NCBI GenBank assembly: GCA_027488515.1 | Contig: JAIYBN010000001.1 | Location: 192,811-256,810, forward strand | Length of the DNA: 64,000 bases | DNA from: Pseudomonadota bacterium | Lineage (GTDB): Bacteria > Bdellovibrionota > UBA1018 > CAIMNF01 | Reading direction: 5' to 3' | Part shown: piece by piece, positions 30,617-39,572 of the stretch | Layout of the letters: each line of letters opens with the position of its first letter | How positions within the stretch are numbered: position 1 is the first letter of the stretch | Translations under genes and position numbers: made by a program | The notes under the pieces: model-generated | Told to the model about the DNA's origin: nothing | Seen by the model: the letters and a program-made list of their open reading frames with translations, nothing else | Database searches by the model: none

Positions 30617-31851
30617 TCCCCGCCGCCGGCGCTGCCGGCCATTTGGAATATGGGAAGGTACATGGAAATCATGAGACCACCCACAATTCCACCCATCACC
30701 ACGAGCATCACCGGCTCAATGAGCTTCAGCATGCCTTGGATCGCATTTTCCACTTCTTCTTCATAGAACTCGGCGATCTTCTCGAGCATCTTGTCGAGGT
30801 TACCGGTGTTCTCACCCACCGAGCTCATCTGGATACACATCCTCGGAAAGAGCTTGGGGAACTTGGACATGGCTGCCGTGAAGCTGGCCCCGAGTTCGAC
30901 GTCTTTCTTCATCTCGGTGATCGCGTCTTCGAACGCGACATGGGTCGCCGCCGCTTTGCAAATTTCGAGTCCGTCCACAATCGGCACACCGGATGCGAGC
31001 AGGGTCGCCAGTGTCCGGGTGAAACGGGCGACACCGCTCTTCACGATCAAGGGACCCGTGAGGGGCAAGCCGAGAGCGATGTTCTGCATCACGATCCGTC
31101 CTTCGTTGGTACGAAGGTAAGACCTCGCCATGTAGAACCCGACCCCGAGCATCCCGAGAATGGTCACGAGGTTGTCGATCACTGCGTGGGACAGCCACAA
31201 GACCACCTTGGTCGGGGCGGGCATTTCACCACCGCTGCTCAAAATCATCGACTCGAACTTGGGAATCACCACGGTGAGCATCAAGGTGATCACCCCGAGC
31301 GCGATCACCGTCACAGAAATCGGATAAGTCATCGAGCTCTTCAAGAGCTTCTTCAGTCGATAGGAGTTCTCGAGATACTTGCCGATCCGCTTCAGCATGA
31401 CATCAAGTGTTCCCGATGACTCCCCCGCCCGCACCAGGGCCACGAACACCCTTTCGAAGGTGTTCGGGTACATCGCAAAGCACTCCCAAAGGAAACTACC
31501 CCCGTTGATCCGTTCTTTGCAGGCACCGAGAATCCGGCGGAGTGTCGGATCCGTCTCCTGTTCGTGAAACAGTTCAATGGCCTGGATCAGGGGAACCCCC
31601 GAGGTGATCATGGTCTGAAGCTGTCGGATGAAGTTCATCAAGCGCTCGACATTGACCGTGTCCGAACCGCCCGCGAGGCCCTTGATGGCCGTACCGACGT
31701 TGATCTGGGTCAGGGAGGCCTTGGCGATCTTGTTGGGACGCAGTCCCTGGCCACGCAAGGCCATGCGAACTTCGCCCTCGTTGCTGGCCTCCATCTTTCC
31801 TTCGACTTTTTTCCCCGCTTTGTCCGAGGCGACGTAGACAAACTCAGGCAT
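30613..31851 (-). CDS. pilC: Type IV pilus inner-membrane platform protein PilC (GspF family).
   Basis: Two GspF-type repeats with three TM helices and the typical length. Located between pilT and the regulator. Confidence 0.88.
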   Translation of the reverse strand: MPEFVYVASDKAGKKVEGKMEASNEGEVRMALRGQGLRPNKIAKASLTQINVGTAIKGLAGGSDTVNVERLMNFIRQLQTMITSGVPLIQAIELFHEQETDPTLRRILGACKERINGGSFLWECFAMYPNTFERVFVALVRAGESSGTLDVMLKRIGKYLENSYRLKKLLKSSMTYPISVTVIALGVITLMLTVVIPKFESMILSSGGEMPAPTKVVLWLSHAVIDNLVTILGMLGVGFYMARSYLRTNEGRIVMQNIALGLPLTGPLIVKSGVARFTRTLATLLASGVPIVDGLEICKAAATHVAFEDAITEMKKDVELGASFTAAMSKFPKLFPRMCIQMSSVGENTGNLDKMLEKIAEFYEEEVENAIQGMLKLIEPVMLVVMGGIVGGLMISMYLPIFQMAGSAGGGE

Positions 31852-31863
31852 TCACCATTCTCC

Positions 31864-32925
31864 TCAGACCATCTTCCCGAGTTCGTCGGGCATGAGACTG
31901 TACGCCATGGCGTCGGCCTTGGTCAGGTTTCCTTTGCGGACCAGCTCTGCGAGCGATTGATTCATCGTTTGCATCCCGGTGCCGGCCTGTCCGGCTTGCA
32001 TGGCGCCGTAAACCTGGTGCATCTTGTCCTCACGGATCAGGTTCCGGATGGCCGTGTTCGGAGCCAGGAGTTCGAATGCGGCGGAACGCCCGGATTTCCC
32101 GGAATTCGGAACCAATTGTTGGGTCAAGACTCCGATCAATGTTGCAGCCAGCAACTGGCGGATCTGCGGTTGCTGGTGCGGAGGAAACACGTTCACCACC
32201 CGTGCGATCGTCTGAACGGCGCTGTTCGTGTGCATCGTTCCGAACACCATGTGACCGGTCTCAGCGGCGGTCAAGGCCATCTCGATCGTTTCGAGATCCC
32301 GCAACTCCCCCACCAGAATGAAGTCCGGGTCCTGCCGGAGTGCGTGCTTGAGGGCGTCGTGGAAGGTGTGTGAGTCCGCACCGATCTCGCGCTGGTTGAC
32401 AATGCAGTTCTTGTGCTGATGGACGAATTCGATCGGGTCTTCGAACGTGAGAATGTGCCCGTTGTCTTCGCGGTTCAGCAGGTCGATGATGGCCGCGAGG
32501 GAGGTGGATTTACCCGAGCCGGTGGGTCCGGTGACCAGGAACAGTCCGTTCGGCTGTTTGACGATCTTTCTGATCGCATCGGGGAGACTCAATTTGTCGA
32601 ACTCGGGAATGTTCACCGGGATCTTCCGGAAGACAGCGCCCATCGATCCACGCTGGAAAAACAGGTTTCCCCGGAATCGGGCCACATCCTTCACACCGAA
32701 CGAGAAATCGAGTTCGTTCGCGGTTTCGAACGTCTTCTTCTGCTGTTCAGTGAGGATTTCGTAGACCAGCTCCTTTATCGAGTCCGGCGTGAGGGGATCC
32801 GTCTTGGCCTTCATGAGTTTGCCATGGATCCTGAACTGCGGTGGCGTGTTGCAGGTGATGTGCAAGTCGGACGCGTCCTGATCCACCATCGCCCGGAGCA
32901 ATGCCGTGAGTGTCAGCTTTCCCAT
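31864..32925 (-). CDS. pilT: Twitching-motility retraction ATPase PilT.
   Basis: About 350 aa secretion ATPase. Walker A GPTGSGKST, Asp box, His box and the AIRNLIRE motif characteristic of PilT. Confidence 0.92.
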   Translation of the reverse strand: MGKLTLTALLRAMVDQDASDLHITCNTPPQFRIHGKLMKAKTDPLTPDSIKELVYEILTEQQKKTFETANELDFSFGVKDVARFRGNLFFQRGSMGAVFRKIPVNIPEFDKLSLPDAIRKIVKQPNGLFLVTGPTGSGKSTSLAAIIDLLNREDNGHILTFEDPIEFVHQHKNCIVNQREIGADSHTFHDALKHALRQDPDFILVGELRDLETIEMALTAAETGHMVFGTMHTNSAVQTIARVVNVFPPHQQPQIRQLLAATLIGVLTQQLVPNSGKSGRSAAFELLAPNTAIRNLIREDKMHQVYGAMQAGQAGTGMQTMNQSLAELVRKGNLTKADAMAYSLMPDELGKMV

Positions 32926-32949
32926 TTCAACGTCCCCTTCATGAATGCC

Positions 32950-34677
32950 TCACTGTTCCGCGGTCATCGAGACCGCTTCATCGACCGAGGTCCTGCCCTC
33001 GACCGCTTTCTTGAGTGCCGAAACCCTCAGCGTTTGCAGTCCGTATTGCTCGACGGCGGTCCGCTTGATCTCGATCGCTGTCCTGCCGGCCAGGGTCATC
33101 TCCTTGAGCTCGGAGAAATATTCGAGAACTTCATAGATGGCCACCCGTCCCTTGTACCCGGTGTTGTTGCACTCTTTGCAACCCTTCGGGCCGTAGAAAT
33201 TGGCGTTCGCCGCGAATTTGTTGATCCCCAGGGACTCCATTTTGTCGGCCGGAACCTTGACCGGTTGCTTGCAGTGCTGACAAAGGGTCCGGAGCAGTCG
33301 CTGGGCCACAATGGTGTTCACGGATGCGGTCACCAGGAAGGGCTCGATGCCCATGTTCACCATCCGGGTGATGGTCGAAACGGTGTCGTTCGTGTGAAGG
33401 GTGGATAAAACCAAGTGACCGGTCAGAGCCGCCTGAACCGCAACTTCACCCGTTTCGAAGTCCCGGATCTCCCCCACCAGAACGGTATCCGGATCCTGGC
33501 GGAGCAGGGCTCTCAAAACCGCGGCGAAGGTCAATCCGACATCCTTGTTCACTTGAACCTGGTTGATGCCCTCGAGGTTGTATTCCACAGGGTCTTCCAC
33601 GGTCGAAAGATTGTCAGAAACCTGGTTCAACTCCATGAGGGCCGAATAAAGGGTGGTGGTTTTCCCGCTACCGGTCGGACCCGTGACGAGCACCATTCCG
33701 TTCGGTTGGGCGATCCCCTTGCGGAAGATCTCCAATTGGCGGTCCTCGAATCCGAGCGTCCTGAGATCGAGTTGCAGGTTGCCCTTGGAGAGAATACGCA
33801 AAACCACCTTCTCACCGAAAAGGGTCGGGAGGGTGTTCACCCGGAAGTCGACTTCCTTGTTCCCGAGCTTGATCTTGATCCGTCCGTCCTGAGGCACACG
33901 GGATTCCGCGATGTCCATCCGGCCCATGATCTTGAAGCGCGCGACCACCGCACGTTTCATCTCCATCGGAATGTGTGTGACATCGATGAGCGCTCCGTCC
34001 ACCCGGATCCGGACACGGAAATCCCGCTCATAGGGTTCGACATGGATGTCCGAAGCCCCACGGCGGATGGCCTCGGTGAGTACGCTGTTCACCACAGAAA
34101 TGACCGGAGCATCATCCCCGGTGGCATTGTTCACATCGTGAACCTGGAATTGCTCGATCTGCTGGATCTGGACTTGTTCTTCCTTGCCACCCTTCGGGCC
34201 TTGGGCGTCCTTCTTGAATTGTTCGAGTGCCCGCCCGAGGTTCTGCGTTCCGGAATAATACTTCAGAAAAGCGGCGTCGAAAGCGGTGAACGTGGTCAAC
34301 ACCGCCTCGACATTCATTTTGGTCGCGAAACGGATGTCATCGAGAAATGCGATCTGTGTCGGATCAGGAACTGCCACAACGAGGATCCCCCGACTCATTT
34401 GAATCGGAATCGCTTGTGCCTTACGGGAGAGGTCCGCACTGATGGTGGCGACCACCTCGGGCTTCACCTCGAACTTGGCAAGATTGATGCTCTGGAGGGA
34501 GAACTTCTGGTTCAGGAACAGGAGCAGCTTCTGTTCCGAGAGAACTTTCTTCTCGATGAACTGACGGATGGCATCACCGTTGCTCTTGAAGATGGCCTCG
34601 GCATCCTGGTACTGGGATTGTGTGAGGAGCTTGTCCTTGTAAAGGAGCTCGACGAGTTTCCTGGACATCCCCTCCAT
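32950..34677 (-). CDS. pilB: Type IV pilus extension ATPase PilB (GspE family).
   Basis: N-terminal GspE_N domain, Walker A GPTGSGKTT, and the tetracysteine motif CQHC...CKEC. Confidence 0.92.
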   Translation of the reverse strand: MEGMSRKLVELLYKDKLLTQSQYQDAEAIFKSNGDAIRQFIEKKVLSEQKLLLFLNQKFSLQSINLAKFEVKPEVVATISADLSRKAQAIPIQMSRGILVVAVPDPTQIAFLDDIRFATKMNVEAVLTTFTAFDAAFLKYYSGTQNLGRALEQFKKDAQGPKGGKEEQVQIQQIEQFQVHDVNNATGDDAPVISVVNSVLTEAIRRGASDIHVEPYERDFRVRIRVDGALIDVTHIPMEMKRAVVARFKIMGRMDIAESRVPQDGRIKIKLGNKEVDFRVNTLPTLFGEKVVLRILSKGNLQLDLRTLGFEDRQLEIFRKGIAQPNGMVLVTGPTGSGKTTTLYSALMELNQVSDNLSTVEDPVEYNLEGINQVQVNKDVGLTFAAVLRALLRQDPDTVLVGEIRDFETGEVAVQAALTGHLVLSTLHTNDTVSTITRMVNMGIEPFLVTASVNTIVAQRLLRTLCQHCKQPVKVPADKMESLGINKFAANANFYGPKGCKECNNTGYKGRVAIYEVLEYFSELKEMTLAGRTAIEIKRTAVEQYGLQTLRVSALKKAVEGRTSVDEAVSMTAEQ

Positions 34678-34711
34678 TTTAGGACCGAAGGAAGACTTAT
34701 CGCAATTCTAT

Positions 34712-35647
34712 TTAAGAATTTCGTGAACTTAACAGATGGCCCGCCAATTCCGTGTCGGCCCGGATCTGGTGCTTCAGTTCGTCAAGCGAGGAGAACTTCT
34801 TTTCATCCCGGATCCGTTCATGAAAGGAAACCTCGAGAATCTCACCGTAGAGTTCCAGGTCCTCGAGGAGGAGATGGGTCTCCATGCGGAGCTCGGACGA
34901 GTCAAATGTGGGCCGGGTCCCGAGATTGGTGACCGCAGGGTAAGTCTTCCCCTGCCAGAAAACTGTCGTTGCATAGACTCCGGACCGCAACGGGAACTTC
35001 GTGTCACACTTCATGTTCGCCGTCGGGAAACCGATGGTCCGGCCACGTTTGTCACCATGAACCACTTCCGCTTTATAGAAAAACGGACGCCCCAGCAACT
35101 CGCAAGCCGTGCTGACCCGCCCCTCCGAAAGGGCGGCACGGATCCTCGAGCTCGAAACCGGGAGACCGTCCACTTCGACCGGAGGCAGCGCCCGTAAAGT
35201 CACTCCTGCCGCGTCGCAAAACTGTTTCAAAACCGGAATTGTCCCTTCGCGGTTACGACCGAATGTGAAGTTCTCACCCACGACGATCACTCTCGCATGA
35301 GCCCTTCCGATCAGAATCCGGTCGAAAAACTCCCGGGCCGAAAGCCCTGCAAAAGTCGAATTGAACGGTTCCTCGATGCAATAGTCCACACCCAGGCCCT
35401 GCAAGCGGATCCGCTTTTCGTCATAGGTCATGAGGAGCCTCAAGTCCGACTCGGGCTTCAGCTCAAGCGTGGGATGGGGCTTGAAAGTGAACGCAACCAC
35501 CGGAAACCCGAGCGATCGGGAATCTTCCATGGCACGTCCGAGAATGGCCTGATGCCCCAGATGAACCCCGTCAAAATTCCCGAGCGCCACCACGGTTTGC
35601 GGCGGAAAATCGGCGTCCAGAAATTGCGAACCGAAGTAGGTTTTCAT
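34712..35647 (-). CDS. ribF: Bifunctional riboflavin kinase / FMN adenylyltransferase.
   Basis: ALGNFDGVHLGHQAIL (FAD synthetase HxGH) and a C-terminal riboflavin kinase domain. Confidence 0.9.
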   Translation of the reverse strand: MKTYFGSQFLDADFPPQTVVALGNFDGVHLGHQAILGRAMEDSRSLGFPVVAFTFKPHPTLELKPESDLRLLMTYDEKRIRLQGLGVDYCIEEPFNSTFAGLSAREFFDRILIGRAHARVIVVGENFTFGRNREGTIPVLKQFCDAAGVTLRALPPVEVDGLPVSSSRIRAALSEGRVSTACELLGRPFFYKAEVVHGDKRGRTIGFPTANMKCDTKFPLRSGVYATTVFWQGKTYPAVTNLGTRPTFDSSELRMETHLLLEDLELYGEILEVSFHERIRDEKKFSSLDELKHQIRADTELAGHLLSSRNS

Positions 35648-35719
35648 GGGGTTAAAGCCATAGTTTTACACTGGATTTGACCGGAGCGACAGGATAAAGT
35701 GGGGGCTCACTTCCCGGAA

Positions 35720-35804
35720 GCGCGCGTGGTGAAATTGGCAGACACGCCAGACTTAGGATCTGGTGCCGTAAGGTGTGGGGGTTCAAGTCCCTCCGCGCGC
35801 ACCA
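35720..35804 (+). tRNA. tRNA-Leu (anticodon TAG).
   Basis: 7-bp acceptor stem GCGCGCG/CGCGCGC, long variable arm, anticodon loop CTTAGGA, T-loop GGTTCAAGTCC, encoded 3' CCA. 85 nt. Confidence 0.85.
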
Positions 35805-35871
35805 TCTTTCCTCGTAAAAACCCGTCCGGGTCAGACTGGAGTTTTTGCGCCGGAATGACGATCCGAAGGGC

Positions 35872-36576
35872 ATGAGATGGTTCCTCATTCCCCTTCTTTA
35901 CACACTCGCCACTCCGGCCTTCGCCCGCAAAATCGACCTCGACGGCCTTTGCGTGGGACTCCGGTCCGGATTCGCCCTGAGCCCGGAAGCGAAGCGCCTG
36001 CTCGGCGACAAGTCCCTCGATCGGGAACTCGATACCTCCCTGAAGGATGCTGACCGCGTGCGAGATGCCGCCTGCATCATCGGAGAAACCAAACGTTCGG
36101 TACACTTGGGAGCGTTGCTTCAGGTGCGTAACGAGCATCTGGTGCCGGAAGTGTTCCACGCCATCACCCGCGTCGCCTCTCCCAAGAACGAGGAACAGAT
36201 CCGGAATTCGCTGAAGTCCTGGATCCAATCCCCGAACCGTGAGGATCACATCCTGAGGACCCTGGGAGCGTTGCAAGTCCTGGGTACACTCCATTGGAAA
36301 CCGGGCCTCAAAGACATGGAAGGGTTGCTCGAGTCGAGCATTCCCGAAGTGAAAATGGGGAGTCATGATTTTCTGTTTCAGCGCTTCGACCAACTGAGCC
36401 CTCAAGAGCGACAGGACCTCATGAGATCCGCGCTGAAAAGGGATCCGCTCCAGGTCCGCATCAGTGCACTCCGCACCTACCGGGCACTCAAGGACGCGGA
36501 CAAAAAGCTCCTTCAAATTGACCTGAAGGACTGCAAGAAAGATCCGGAACCCGAAGTCAGGGAGGAATGCCCATGA
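35872..36576 (+). CDS. Secreted HEAT/ARM-like repeat protein of unknown function.
   Basis: Signal peptide MRWFLIPLLYTLATPAFA and helical repeats with recurring D-P-x-V-R-x-x-A-L patterns. No family recognised. Confidence 0.45.
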   Translation: MRWFLIPLLYTLATPAFARKIDLDGLCVGLRSGFALSPEAKRLLGDKSLDRELDTSLKDADRVRDAACIIGETKRSVHLGALLQVRNEHLVPEVFHAITRVASPKNEEQIRNSLKSWIQSPNREDHILRTLGALQVLGTLHWKPGLKDMEGLLESSIPEVKMGSHDFLFQRFDQLSPQERQDLMRSALKRDPLQVRISALRTYRALKDADKKLLQIDLKDCKKDPEPEVREECP

Positions 36577-37526
36577 ATGCGGGATTGATTCTATTCGGAG
36601 CCTGGCTGATCCTTCAACTCAGCCCGTCTCATGCACTCGCGGAACCGTCCTCCGCAAGCGAGGCGACGCAAACCCTCGAACAAGTCGCGAAAATCAACCA
36701 AAAGCCTGCATGTGATCCCTGGAGCTCGATGTCCAGGCTGAAAAAATGTCAGGAAAAGATGAGGCGTTTGTACCAAGACGGTGTGGCCAACATCCACCTG
36801 TTCATGGGGTATGGAGATTCCGGAGGGAGTCCACCGGTTGCCACCGATGCGGTCGAACGGGCTTACCTGGTTCAAAAGCTTTATGCCACCTGCGGAGTCG
36901 AACCTTGTGGATTCCGTGCCGATCCGAAAAACGCAAATCACGTCAGCAAATCACTGCCCGGTGGCAAAAAAATCGTGGTGAAACTTTACACCAGCGCCCT
37001 TTCCGACCGGGACGATCTCAACCGGAAAAATCCCAAACAGGCTGAACACACCAAGTGGATGAACGAGAAGTTCAAAACAGCCCTGGGATCATCGGAAGCA
37101 GTCTTTTATGTGGGCCACTCCCGTGATGGTGGTGGTCCCGACTTCGGACCGCCGCGCCTTCTCAAAGGCGGGCACACCGACTACAGCTGGTACCGGAAGA
37201 ACCGCCCCGGACTGAAGATGATCCAGGAGAACATGAAGAAGGGCCGTCCCGAAATTTACGGATCATTTTCCTGTGACTCCCTCAAACACTTCGCCGCACC
37301 CATTCGGAAAGTGAATCCGGATGTGATCTACTTCGGAACCACCCGTCTGGCCTACTACAATTACACCAGCAAGGTGGTGAACCAAGTGAGCGTTCCCGAC
37401 CGGATCGGATACAGCGAGTCCATCGACTCCGCATTGATCGCCATCGGCGGCGTCGCGGATCAAAGATGCGAGTTCAACACGACCTTCAAAAAAATGAAAC
37501 AGCCCACTGAAGCCGATTACGAGTGA
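36573..37526 (+). CDS. Secreted hypothetical protein.
   Basis: Signal peptide MNAGLILFGAWLILQLSPSHALA. Cys-containing mature protein with no recognisable motif. Overlaps the previous gene by 4 bp. Confidence 0.4.
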   Translation: MNAGLILFGAWLILQLSPSHALAEPSSASEATQTLEQVAKINQKPACDPWSSMSRLKKCQEKMRRLYQDGVANIHLFMGYGDSGGSPPVATDAVERAYLVQKLYATCGVEPCGFRADPKNANHVSKSLPGGKKIVVKLYTSALSDRDDLNRKNPKQAEHTKWMNEKFKTALGSSEAVFYVGHSRDGGGPDFGPPRLLKGGHTDYSWYRKNRPGLKMIQENMKKGRPEIYGSFSCDSLKHFAAPIRKVNPDVIYFGTTRLAYYNYTSKVVNQVSVPDRIGYSESIDSALIAIGGVADQRCEFNTTFKKMKQPTEADYE

Positions 37527-37532
37527 TCGGAA

Positions 37533-38822
37533 TCAGAGCCCGGACTCGTGACGGATCAGATCGTTGTAGGTCTCGCGCTTCCGGATCAATTTGACTTGTC
37601 CCCGGTCCACCAGAACCTCGGCCACTCTGGGGCGGGAATTGTAAGTGCTGCTCATCGAAAAGCCGTAGGCTCCGGCCGAAAGGATGGCCAGGACTTCGCC
37701 CGGGAGACCTTCAAGGGCCAACTTGCGCGATTTAGCAAAGTAGTCCGTGCTCTCGCAAATCCCGCCGACGACATCCCAACTCACCGGTTGAGGACCCTTC
37801 TGCTCCAGAGGAAGGATCTCGTGATACGCCTCATACAATGCAGGTCGGACCAGGTCGTTCATTCCGGCATCGAGGATCAAAGTGCGGTCTTTTCCGCGCT
37901 CCTTGGAATACACCACCTGACTGACCAGCGCTCCCGCATTGGCAATCAGACTGCGGCCCGGCTCGATGAGGATCTTCGGAACTCCCTTGAAGTGCTTCAC
38001 GATCAATTCGGCGTACTCAACGAGATCGATCACCTTCTCCTGGTGGTAGCGGACCCCGATCCCACCTCCGAGATCCACATAGTCGAGCTCGCGGCCCAGA
38101 TGCTCCTCCACTTCGAACTTCAGATCCGCCAACCGCTTGAATGCCCGGTCGAAGGGCCGGATGGAGGTGATCTGGCTTCCGATGTGAATGGAAAGCCCTG
38201 CAATCCTCACGAAGTCGTCGTCGCCATACGTGACCGCCAGGTCGAGGATTTCCTCACGGGTGAGGCCGAACTTGTCGTGCTTCCGTCCGGTGGAAATCTT
38301 GTCCAAGGTTCCCGCGTCGACATCCGGATTGTACCGGAACGCGACCGACACGGGGCGCCTCATGGAATTCGCAATCAGGAGGATCATCTCGAACTCCATG
38401 ACCGACTCGACATGGACGGATCCGACACCACCTTCGGGAAGGCGGAACAGACTCTCGAGCTCGCGAGCGGTCTTGGCCACACCGGAAAGAACCCTTTTTT
38501 CACGTGGGATACCGGCCCTTTCAGCCCGATCCCATTCGCCATAGGACACCAGATCGCATCCTGCACCGAGCGAGGAAAGAAGACGCAGGATGGACAGATT
38601 GGAGTTGGCCTTCACCGCGAAACAAATCTGGACAGGTGATTTTTTGAAAGCCTTCGTCAAGGCCGCATAAGACTGGCGGATCGCCCCACCGGAATACACA
38701 TACAAGGGGGACCCGTAGCGCTCCAGGATGCCCTGGAGAGGGATGCCCTCGACAGACAGTTTGCCTTTTTTGTACTCGAAGTGGTCCCGGGGTCCGGGCA
38801 GAGCGTTCAGGGATGGTTTCAT
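37533..38822 (-). CDS. lysA: Diaminopimelate decarboxylase (PLP-dependent, fold-type III).
   Basis: LYVYSGGAIRQSY...ICFAVKANSNLSILRLL (PLP-binding Lys motif) and a C-terminal beta domain. About 429 aa. Confidence 0.8.
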   Translation of the reverse strand: MKPSLNALPGPRDHFEYKKGKLSVEGIPLQGILERYGSPLYVYSGGAIRQSYAALTKAFKKSPVQICFAVKANSNLSILRLLSSLGAGCDLVSYGEWDRAERAGIPREKRVLSGVAKTARELESLFRLPEGGVGSVHVESVMEFEMILLIANSMRRPVSVAFRYNPDVDAGTLDKISTGRKHDKFGLTREEILDLAVTYGDDDFVRIAGLSIHIGSQITSIRPFDRAFKRLADLKFEVEEHLGRELDYVDLGGGIGVRYHQEKVIDLVEYAELIVKHFKGVPKILIEPGRSLIANAGALVSQVVYSKERGKDRTLILDAGMNDLVRPALYEAYHEILPLEQKGPQPVSWDVVGGICESTDYFAKSRKLALEGLPGEVLAILSAGAYGFSMSSTYNSRPRVAEVLVDRGQVKLIRKRETYNDLIRHESGL

Positions 38823-38923
38823 GCCCTGAGTATGAACGAGAACGAGTCCCCGGTCAAAGGACCATCCTTCGACCGGGGCTCATCGAGAGAGAGATGAGGG
38901 TTGAGGGGGACAGTTGGAAAAAT

Positions 38924-39409
38924 TCAGTTACGTGTTCCGTTGATGGTGATGCTCCCGAGGCATCCGTAACCATAGGAGGAGACCGGATTGAGCACTCCTT
39001 GGATGGCGTTCCCGGACACCATCAGAACACCTTGATAAGTACAATTCGTGGGAGTGGCGCCGTACATGCCACCACCGTATCCGTACATACCTCCACCCGC
39101 CTGACCATAGGCACTGGTGGCGGCGCTGACTGGCACGAGAGAGAGGGTCACATTCATTTGCCCGTTCGCAGCCCGGGTTCCGGACAAGGTCTGGTTGAAA
39201 CACGGGTTCGAGCCCGAGCCACTGATCTGACTGCTCGATTCATTCACAGACAGACGAATGGTCGAACACTGGGCGCTCGAGAACTGGGCACCACTTTGGG
39301 TCAAGGTGTAGACATTCGTGCCCTGCATTCCGCAGCCGATCCCCGAGAGCAGGGTCAGGAACATCCAGGGTCTCAGGGATTTCAGCATTTCGAACTTCAT
39401 CTTCATCAT
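38924..39409 (-). CDS. Small secreted Gly/Tyr/Ser-rich lipoprotein.
   Basis: Start at MMKMKFEMLKSLRPWMFLTLLSGIGCG (lipobox LSGIGC). Low-complexity GYG/GGGMYG repeats. Confidence 0.4.
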   Translation of the reverse strand: MMKMKFEMLKSLRPWMFLTLLSGIGCGMQGTNVYTLTQSGAQFSSAQCSTIRLSVNESSSQISGSGSNPCFNQTLSGTRAANGQMNVTLSLVPVSAATSAYGQAGGGMYGYGGGMYGATPTNCTYQGVLMVSGNAIQGVLNPVSSYGYGCLGSITINGTRN

Positions 39410-39572
39410 CGTCTCCGTGTGATCCTGATAGAGCAAAGACGATGCCAGCCCTGAATGACCCTTGGATTCGAATAAAGAGGTTTTCAGGCCTGAACAGGCC
39501 GAAAAGAGGTGTCCAAATCCGGTACAGGCGAGAGGCCCGAGTACATCAACCCGCTCACTCAACCGATTCGAT

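Noticed and set aside
37548-38639. 363-aa plus-strand ORF.
   Set aside because: Antisense to lysA. No motifs.
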